Of a DNA stretch of 64,000 nucleotides, positions 54,579-64,000 are shown piece by piece. The position numbers and the translations under genes are program-made. Origin of the DNA: Eledone cirrhosa (taxonomy: Eukaryota); the NCBI GenBank assembly GCA_964016885.1, contig OZ024758.1:35216001-35280000 (forward strand), in the 5' to 3' direction. Each line of letters opens with the position of its first letter. The stretch's first letter is position 1. Under the pieces are notes generated by a model. It worked only from the letters and a program-made list of their open reading frames with translations, ran no database searches and was not told the origin of the DNA.

Positions 54579-57500
54579 ATGGTACTAGCTGTCAGAAGTA
54601 ACTCCACTGTTGGTGAGAATTCATTTAAGTTCATGGTATTAGCTGTCAGAAGGAACTCCACTGTGGGTGAGAATTCATTTAAGTTCATGGTACTAGCTGT
54701 CAGAAGTAACTCCACTGTTGGTGAGAATTCATTTAAGTTCATGGTATTAGTTTGTCAGAAGTAACTCCACTGTTGGTGAGAATTCATTTAAGTCATGGTA
54801 TTAGTTGTCAGAAGTAACTCCAATGTTGGTGAGAATTCATTTAAGTCATGGTACTAGCTGTCAGAAGTAACTCCAATGTTGGTGAGAATTCATTTAAGTT
54901 CATGGTATTAGCTGTCAGAAGGAACTCCACTGTTGGTGAGAATTCATTTAAGTTCATGGTATTAGCTGTCAGAAGTAACTCCACTGTTGGTGAGAATTCA
55001 TTTAAGTTCATGGTATTAGCTGTCAGAAGTAACTCCACTGTTGGTGAGAATTCATTTAAGTTCATGGTACTAGCTGTCAGAAGTAACTCCACTGTTGGTG
55101 AGAATTCATTTAAGTTCATGGTTCTAGCTGTCAGAATTAACTCCACTGTTGGTGAGAATTCATTTAAGTTCATGGTACTAGCTGTCAGCAGTAACTCCAA
55201 TGTTGGTAAGAATTCATTTAAGTTCATGATATTAGCTGTCAGAAGTAACTCCACTGTTGGTGAGAATTCATTTAAGTTCATGGTACTAGCTGTCAGAAGT
55301 AACTCCACTGTTGGTGAGAATTCATTTAAGTTTATGGTACTAGCTGTCAGAAGTAACCCCAATGTTGGTGAGAATTCATTTAAGTTCATGGTATTAGCTG
55401 TCAGAAGTCACTCCAATGTTGGTGAGAATTCATTTAAGTTCATGGTATTAGCTGTCAGAAGTCACTCCACTGTTGGTGAGAATTCATTTAAGTTCATGGT
55501 ACTAGCTGTCAGAAGTAACCCCAATGTTGCTGAGAATTCATTTAAGTTCATGGTATTAGCTGTCAGAAGTCACTCCAATGTTGGTGAGAATTCATTTAAG
55601 TTCATGGTATTAGCTGTCAGAAGTAACTCCACTGTTGGTGAGAATTCATTTAAGTTCATGGTATTAGCTGTCAGAAGTAACTCCACTGTTGGTGAGAATT
55701 CATTTAAGTTCATGGTATTAGCTGTCAGAAGTAACTCCACTGTTGGTGAGAATTCATTTAAGTTCATGGTATTACCTGTCAGAAGGAACTCCAATGTTGG
55801 TGAGAATTCATTTAAGTCATGGTACTAGCTGTCAGAAGTAACTCCACTGTTGGTGAGAATTCATTTAAGTTCATGGTATTAGCTGTCAGAAGGAACGCCA
55901 CTGTTGGTGAGAATTCATTTAAGTTCATGGTATTAGCTGTCAGAAGTAACTCCACTGTTGGTGAGAATTCATTTAAGTTCATGGTACTAGCTGTCAGAAG
56001 TAACTCCAATGTTGGTGAGAATTCATTTAAGTTCATGGTATTAGCTGTCAGAAGGAACTCCACTGTTGGTGAGAATTCATTTAAGTCTTGGTATTAGTTG
56101 TCAGAAGTAACTCCAATGTTGGTGAGAATTCATTTAAGTTCATGGTACTAGCTGTCAGAAGTAACTCCACTGTTGGTGAGAATTCATTTAAGTTCATGGT
56201 ACTAGCTGTCAAAAGTAACTCCAATGTTGGTGAGAATTCATTTAAGTTCATGGTATTAGCTGTCAGAAGTAACTCCAATGTTGGTGAGAATTCATTTAAG
56301 TTCATGGTACTAGCTGTCAGAAGTAACTCCACTGTTGGTGAGAATTCATTTAAGTCATGGTATTAGTTGTCAGAAGTAACTCCAATGTTGGTGAGAATTC
56401 ATTTAAGTTCATGGTACTAGCTGTCAGAAGTAACTCCACTGTTGGTGAGAATTCATTTAAGTTCATGGTATTAGCTGTCAGAAGTAACTCCACTGTTGGT
56501 GAGAATTCATTTAAGTCATGGTATTAGCTGTCAGAAGTAACTCCAATGTTGGTGAGAATTCATTTAAGTCTTGGTACTAGCTGTCAGAAGTAACTCCAAT
56601 GTTGGTGAGAATTCAGTTAAGTTCATGGTATTAGCTGTCAGAAGGAACTCCACTGTTGGTGAGAATTCATTTAAGTTCATGGTATTAGCTGTCAGAAGTA
56701 ACTCCACTGTTGGTGAGAATTCATTTAAGTTCATGGTACTAGCTGTCAGAAGTAACTCCACTGTTGGTGAGAATTCATTTAAGTTCATGGTACTAGCCGT
56801 CAGAAGTAACTCCACTGTTGGTGAGAATTCAGTTAAGTTCATGGTATTAGTTGTCAGAAGTAACTCCACTGTTGGTGAGAATTCATTTAAATCATGGTAT
56901 TAGTTGTCAGAAGTAACTCCAATGTTGGTGAGAATTCATTTAAGTTCATGGTACTAGCTGTCAGAAGTAACTCCACTGTTGGTGAGAATTCATTTAAGTT
57001 CATGGTATTAGCTGTCAGAAGGAACTCCACTGTTGGTGAGAATTCATTTAAGTTCATGGTACTAGCTGTCAGAAGTAACTCCACTGTTGGTGAGAATTCA
57101 TTTAAGTTCATGGTATTAGTTTGTCAGAAGTAACTCCACTGTTGGTGAGAATTCATTTAAGTCATGGTATTAGTTGTCAGAAGTAACTCCAATGTTGGTG
57201 AGAATTCATTTAAGTCATGGTACTAGCTGTCAGAAGTAACTCCAATGTTGGTGAGAATTCATTTAAGTTCATGGTATTAGCTGTCAGAAGGAACTCCACT
57301 GTTGGTGAGAATTCATTTAAGTTCATGGTATTAGCTGTCAGAAGTAACTCCACTGTTGGTGAGAATTCATTTAAGTTCATGGTATTAGCTGTCAGAAGTA
57401 ACTCCACTGTTGGTGAGAATTCATTTAAGTTCATGGTACTAGCTGTCAGAAGTAACTCCACTGTTGGTGAGAATTCATTTAAGTTCATGGTTCTAGCTGT

Positions 57501-60500
57501 CAGAATTAACTCCACTGTTGGTGAGAATTCATTTAAGTTCATGGTACTAGCTGTCAGCAGTAACTCCAATGTTGGTAAGAATTCATTTAAGTTCATGATA
57601 TTAGCTGTCAGAAGTAACTCCACTGTTGGTGAGAATTCATTTAAGTTCATGGTACTAGCTGTCAGAAGTAACTCCACTGTTGGTGAGAATTCATTTAAGT
57701 TTATGGTACTAGCTGTCAGAAGTAACCCCAATGTTGGTGAGAATTCATTTAAGTTCATGGTATTAGCTGTCAGAAGTCACTCCAATGTTGGTGAGAATTC
57801 ATTTAAGTTCATGGTATTAGCTGTCAGAAGTCACTCCACTGTTGGTGAGAATTCATTTAAGTTCATGGTACTAGCTGTCAGAAGTAACCCCAATGTTGCT
57901 GAGAATTCATTTAAGTTCATGGTATTAGCTGTCAGAAGTCACTCCAATGTTGGTGAGAATTCATTTAAGTTCATGGTATTAGCTGTCAGAAGTAACTCCA
58001 CTGTTGGTGAGAATTCATTTAAGTTCATGGTATTAGCTGTCAGAAGTAACTCCACTGTTGGTGAGAATTCATTTAAGTTCATGGTATTAGCTGTCAGAAG
58101 TAACTCCACTGTTGGTGAGAATTCATTTAAGTTCATGGTATTACCTGTCAGAAGGAACTCCAATGTTGGTGAGAATTCATTTAAGTCATGGTACTAGCTG
58201 TCAGAAGTAACTCCACTGTTGGTGAGAATTCATTTAAGTTCATGGTATTAGCTGTCAGAAGGAACGCCACTGTTGGTGAGAATTCATTTAAGTTCATGGT
58301 ATTAGCTGTCAGAAGTAACTCCACTGTTGGTGAGAATTCATTTAAGTTCATGGTACTAGCTGTCAGAAGTAACTCCAATGTTGGTGAGAATTCATTTAAG
58401 TTCATGGTATTAGCTGTCAGAAGGAACTCCACTGTTGGTGAGAATTCATTTAAGTCTTGGTATTAGTTGTCAGAAGTAACTCCAATGTTGGTGAGAATTC
58501 ATTTAAGTTCATGGTACTAGCTGTCAGAAGTAACTCCACTGTTGGTGAGAATTCATTTAAGTTCATGGTACTAGCTGTCAAAAGTAACTCCAATGTTGGT
58601 GAGAATTCATTTAAGTTCATGGTATTAGCTGTCAGAAGTAACTCCAATGTTGGTGAGAATTCATTTAAGTTCATGGTACTAGCTGTCAGAAGTAACTCCA
58701 CTGTTGGTGAAAATTCATTTAAGTCATGGTATTAGTTGTCAGAAGTAACTCCAATGTTGGTGAGAATTCATTTAAGTTCATGGTACTAGCTGTCAGAAGT
58801 AACTCCACTGTTGGTGAGAATTCATTTAAGTTCATGGTATTAGCTGTCAGAAGTAACTCCACTGTTGGTGAGAATTCATTTAAGTCATGGTATTAGCTGT
58901 CAGAAGTAACTCCAATGTTGGTGAGAATTCATTTAAGTCTTGGTACTAGCTGTCAGAAGTAACTCCAATGTTGGTGAGAATTCAGTTAAGTTCATGGTAT
59001 TAGCTGTCAGAAGGAACTCCACTGTTGGTGAGAATTCATTTAAGTTCATGGTATTAGCTGTCAGAAGTAACTCCACTGTTGGTGAGAATTCATTTAAGTT
59101 CATGGTACTAGCTGTCAGAAGTAACTCCACTGTTGGTGAGAATTCATTTAAGTTCATGGTACTAGCCGTCAGAAGTAACTCCACTGTTGGTGAGAATTCA
59201 GTTAAGTTCATGGTATTAGTTGTCAGAAGTAACTCCACTGTTGGTGAGAATTCATTTAAATCATGGTATTAGTTGTCAGAAGTAACTCCAATGTTGGTGA
59301 GAATTCATTTAAGTTCATGGTACTAGCTGTCAGAAGTAACTCCACTGTTGGTGAGAATTCATTTAAGTTCATGGTATTAGCTGTCAGAAGGAACTCCACT
59401 GTTGGTGAGAATTCATTTAAGTTCATGGTACTAGCTGTCAGAAGTAACTCCACTGTTGGTGAGAATTCATTTAAGTTCATGGTTCTAGCTGTCAGAATTA
59501 ACTCCACTGTTGGTGAGAATTCATTTAAGTTCATGGTACTAGCTGTCAGAAGTAACTCCAATGTTGGTAAGAATTCATTTAAGTTCATGATATTAGCTGT
59601 CAGAAGTAACTCCACTGTTGGTGAGAATTCATTTAAGTTCATGGTACTAGCTGTCAGAAGTAACTCCACTGTTGGTGAGAATTCATTTAAGTTTATGGTA
59701 CTAGCTGTCAGAAGTAACCCCAATGTTGGTGAGAATTCATTTAAGTTCATGGTATTAGCTGTCAGAAGTCACTCCAATGTTGGTGAGAATTCATTTAAGT
59801 TCATGGTATTAGCTGTCAGAAGTCACTCCACTGTTGGTGAGAATTCATTTAAGTTCATGGTACTAGCTGTCAGAAGTAACCCCAATGTTGCTGAGAATTC
59901 ATTTAAGTTCATGGTATTAGCTGTCAGAAGTCACTCCAATGTTGGTGAGAATTCATTTAAGTTCATGGTATTAGCTGTCAGAAGTAACTCCACTGTTGGT
60001 GAGAATTCATTTAAGTTCATGGTATTAGCTGTCAGAAGTAACTCCACTGTTGGTGAGAATTCATTTAAGTTCATGGTATTAGCTGTCAGAAGTAACTCCA
60101 CTGTTGGTGAGAATTCATTTAAGTTCATGGTATTACCTGTCAGAAGGAACTCCAATGTTGGTGAGAATTCATTTAAGTCATGGTACTAGCTGTCAGAAGT
60201 AACTCCACTGTTGGTGAGAATTCATTTAAGTTCATGGTATTAGCTGTCAGAAGGAACGCCACTGTTGGTGAGAATTCATTTAAGTTCATGGTATTAGCTG
60301 TCAGAAGTAACTCCACTGTTGGTGAGAATTCATTTAAGTTCATGGTACTAGCTGTCAGAAGTAACTCCAATGTTGGTGAGAATTCATTTAAGTTCATGGT
60401 ATTAGCTGTCAGAAGGAACTCCACTGTTGGTGAGAATTCATTTAAGTCTTGGTATTAGTTGTCAGAAGTAACTCCAATGTTGGTGAGAATTCATTTAAGT

Positions 60501-61210
60501 TCATGGTACTAGCTGTCAGAAGTAACTCCACTGTTGGTGAGAATTCATTTAAGTTCATGGTACTAGCTGTCAAAAGTAACTCCAATGTTGGTGAGAATTC
60601 ATTTAAGTTCATGGTATTAGCTGTCAGAAGTAACTCCAATGTTGGTGAGAATTCATTTAAGTTCATGGTACTAGCTGTCAGAAGTAACTCCACTGTTGGT
60701 GAGAATTCATTTAAGTCATGGTATTAGTTGTCAGAAGTAACTCCAATGTTGGTGAGAATTCATTTAAGTTCATGGTACTAGCTGTCAGAAGTAACTCCAC
60801 TGTTGGTGAGAATTCATTTAAGTTCATGGTATTAGCTGTCAGAAGTAACTCCACTGTTGGTGAGAATTCATTTAAGTCATGGTATTAGCTGTCAGAAGTA
60901 ACTCCAATGTTGGTGAGAATTCATTTAAGTCTTGGTACTAGCTGTCAGAAGTAACTCCAATGTTGGTGAGAATTCAGTTAAGTTCATGGTATTAGCTGTC
61001 AGAAGGAACTCCACTGTTGGTGAGAATTCATTTAAGTTCATGGTACTAGCTGTCAGAAGTAACTCCACTGTTGGTGAGAATTCATTTAAGTTCATGGTAC
61101 TAGCCGTCAGAAGTAACTCCACTGTTGGTGAGAATTCAGTTAAGTTCATGGTATTAGTTGTCAGAAGTAACTCCACTGTTGGTGAGAATTCATTTAAATC
61201 ATGGTATTAG
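54579..61210. repeat. 2369-bp (44-monomer) tandem duplication (54579-59483) followed by a shortened third copy (offset 1992 bp)
   Basis: Offset 2369: 54848/57217, 55819/58188, 56088/58457, 56571/58940, 56894/59263, with private marker CAGCAGT at ~55186/57555. Offset 1992: 58188/60180, 58457/60449, 58940/60932. Confidence 0.91.
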
Positions 61211-64000
61211 TTGTCAGAAGTAACTCCAATGTTGGTGAGAATTCATTTAAGTTCATGGTACTAGCTGTCAGAAGTAACTCCACTGTTGGTGAGAATTCAT
61301 TTAAGTTCATGGTATTAGCTGTCAGAAGTAACTCCACTGTTGGTGAGAATTCATTTAAGTCATGGTATTAGCTGTCAGAAGTAACTCCATTGTTGGTGAG
61401 AATTCATTTAAGTCATGGTACTAGCTGTCAGAAGTAACTCCACTGTTGGTGAGAATTCATTTAAGTTCATGGTATTAGCTGTCAGAAGGAACTCCACTGT
61501 TGGTAAGAATTCATTTAAGTTCATGGTATTAGCTGTCAGAAGTAACTCCACTGTTGGTGAGAATTCATTTAAGTTCATGGTACTAGCTGTCAGAAGTAAC
61601 TCCACTGTTGGTGAGAATTCATTTAAGTTCATGGTACTAGCTGTCAGAAGTAACTCCACTGTTGGTGAGAATTCATTTAAGTTCATGGTACTAGCTGTCA
61701 GAAGTAACCCCAATGTTGGTGAGAATTCATTTAAGTTCATGGTATTAGCTGTCAGAAGTCACTCCAATGTTGGTGAGAATTCATTTAAGTTCATGGTATT
61801 AGCTGTGAGAAGTCACTCCACTGTTGGTGAGAATTCATTTAAGTTCATGGTATTAGCTGTCAGAAGTACCTCCACTGTTGGTGAGAATTCATTTAAGTTC
61901 ATGGTATTAGTTGTCAGAAGTAACTCCACTGTTGGTGAGAATTCATTTAAGTTCATGGTATTAGCTGTCAGAAGGAACTCCAATGTTGGTGAGAATTCAT
62001 TTAAGTCATGGTACTAGCTGTCAGAAGTAACTCCACTGTTGTTGAGAATTCATTTAAGTTCATTGTATTAGCTGTCAGAAGGAACGCCACTGTTGGTGAG
62101 AATTCATTTAAGTTCATGGTATTAGCTGTCAGAAGTAACTCCACTGTTGGTGAGAATTCATTTAAGTTCATGGTACTAGCTGTCAGAAGTAACTCCAATG
62201 TTGGTGAGAATTCATTTAAGTTCATGGTATTAGCTGTCAGAAGGAACTCCACTGTTGGTGAGAATTCATTTAAGTTCATGGTATTAGCTGTCAGAAGTAA
62301 CTCCACTGTTGGTGAGAATTCATTTAAGTTCATGGTACTAGTTGTCAGAAGTAACTCCACTGTTGGTGAGAATTCATTTAAGTTCATGGTATTAGTTGTC
62401 AGAAGTAACTCCACTGTTGGTGAGAATTCATTTAAGTCATGGCATTAGTTGTCAGAAGTAACTCCAATGTTGGTGAGAATTCATTTAAGTTCATGGTACT
62501 AGCTGTCAGAAGTAACTCCACTGTTGGTGAGAATTCATTTAAGTTCATTGTATTAGCTGTCAGAAGTAACTCCACTGTTGGTGAGAATTCATTTAAGTCA
62601 TGGTATTAGCTGTCAGAAGTAACTCCATTGTTGGTGAGAATTCATTTAAGTCATGGTACTAGCTGTCAGAAGTAACTCCACTGTTGGTGAGAATTCATTT
62701 AAGTTCATGGTATTAGCTGTCAGAAGGAACTCCACTGTTGGTGAGAATTCATTTAAGTTCATGGTACTAGCTGTCAGAAGTAACTCCACTGTTGGTGAGA
62801 ATTCATTTAAGTTCATGGTATTAGTTTGTCAGAAGTAACTCCACTGTTGGTGAGAATTCATTTAAGTCATGGTATTAGTTGTCAGAAGTAACTCCAATGT
62901 TGGTGAGAATTCATTTAAGTCATGGTACTAGCTGTCAGAAGTAACTCCAATGTTGGTGAGAATTCATTTAAGTTCATGGTATTAGCTGTCAGAAGGAACT
63001 CCACTGTTGGTGAGAATTCATTTAAGTTCATGGTATTAGCTGTCAGAAGTAACTCCACCGTTGGTGAGAATTCATTTAAGTTCATGGTATTAGCTGTCAG
63101 AAGTAACTCCACTGTTGGTGAGAATTCATTTAAGTTCATGGTACTAGCTGTCAGAAGTAACTCCACTGTTGGTGAGAATTCATTTAAGTTCATGGTTCTA
63201 GCTGTCAGAATTAACTCCACTGTTGGTGAGAATTCATTTAAGTTCATGGTACTAGCTGTCAGAAGTAACTCCACTGTTGGTGAGAATTCATTTAAGTTCA
63301 TGGTATTACCTGTCAGAAGGAACTCCAATGTTGGTGAGAATTCATTTAAGTCATGGTACTAGCTGTCAGAAGTAACTCCACTGTTGGTGAGAATTCATTT
63401 AAGTTCATGGTATTAGCTGTCAGAAGGAACGCCACTGTTGGTGAGAATTCATTTAAGTTCATGGTATTAGCTGTCAGAAGTAACTCCACTGTTGGTGAGA
63501 ATTCATTTAAGTTCATGGTACTAGCTGTCAGAAGTAACTCCAATGTTGGTGAGAATTCATTTAAGTTCATGGTATTAGCTGTCAGAAGGAACTCCACTGT
63601 TGGTGAGAATTCATTTAAGTCTTGGTATTAGTTGTCAGAAGTAACTCCAATGTTGGTGAGAATTCATTTAAGTTCATGGTACTAGCTGTCAGAAGTAACT
63701 CCACTGTTGGTGAGAATTCATTTAAGTTCATGGTACTAGCTGTCAAAAGTAACTCCAATGTTGGTGAGAATTCATTTAAGTTCATGGTATTAGCTGTCAG
63801 AAGTAACTCCAATGTTGGTGAGAATTCATTTAAGTTCATGGTACTAGCTGTCAGAAGTAACTCCACTGTTGGTGAGAATTCATTTAAGTCATGGTATTAG
63901 TTGTCAGAAGTAACTCCAATGTTGGTGAGAATTCATTTAAGTTCATGGTACTAGCTGTCAGAAGTAACTCCACTGTTGGTGAGAATTCATTTAAGTTCAT

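Larger units (their letters stand above)
1..64000. repeat. 54-bp tandem satellite DNA array, ~1,190 head-to-tail monomers, open at both window ends
   Basis: Every line consists of ATGGTA(T/C)TAGCTGTCAGAAGTAACTCCA(C/A)TGTTGGTGAGAATTCATTTAAGTTC, mostly with 0-3 differences per copy. The ORF track shows an 18-aa period in all long ORFs. 53-bp (AAGTCATG and similar) and 55-bp (TAGTTTGTC) variants are interspersed. Orientation is the same throughout. Confidence 0.99.

Noticed and set aside
1-64000. CRISPR array or other repeat-spacer or cassette system
   Set aside because: There are no unique spacers: the entire 54 bp is repeated with only SNP-level variation. There are no cas, recombinase or reverse-transcriptase genes in the window.
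1-64000. CENP-B box or telomeric repeat
   Set aside because: The CENP-B box core needs TTCG and CGGG, and the consensus has no CpG. No TTAGGG, TTAGG or TTTAGGG tracts were seen.
1-64000. The order of monomer variants as an information-bearing code
   Set aside because: The ordered patterns are explained by nested duplications with consistent offsets, and nothing in the sequence requires a functional code.

Overview
The whole 64 kb window is one uninterrupted head-to-tail tandem array of a 54-bp monomer, with 53-bp and 55-bp indel variants. It holds roughly 1,190 copies (64,000/~53.8) and runs off both ends. Consensus: ATGGTA(T/C)TAGCTGTCAGAAGTAACTCCA(C/A)TGTTGGTGAGAATTCATTTAAGTTC, about 37% GC, with one EcoRI site and no CpG. 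I saw no unique DNA, strand switch, transposon insertion, RNA gene or credible protein gene. The ORF track arises because the monomer is 18 codons long and has one stop-free frame on each strand. This looks like eukaryotic satellite DNA (inference); I cannot name the family or organism. I found no new gene system. The points of interest are structural: (i) nested higher-order repeats and kb-scale duplications with periods of 161, 432, 591, 1076, 1560/1561, 2369, 3066, 3178, 4739, 5490 and about 13-14.6 kb; (ii) a left-to-right turnover of diagnostic monomer variants; (iii) three related sub-motifs inside the monomer, with many recurrent variants converting one toward another; (iv) deletions confined to one site and insertions to one other site. 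All counts and boundaries were read by eye from the sequence and ORF offsets, so they are approximate.
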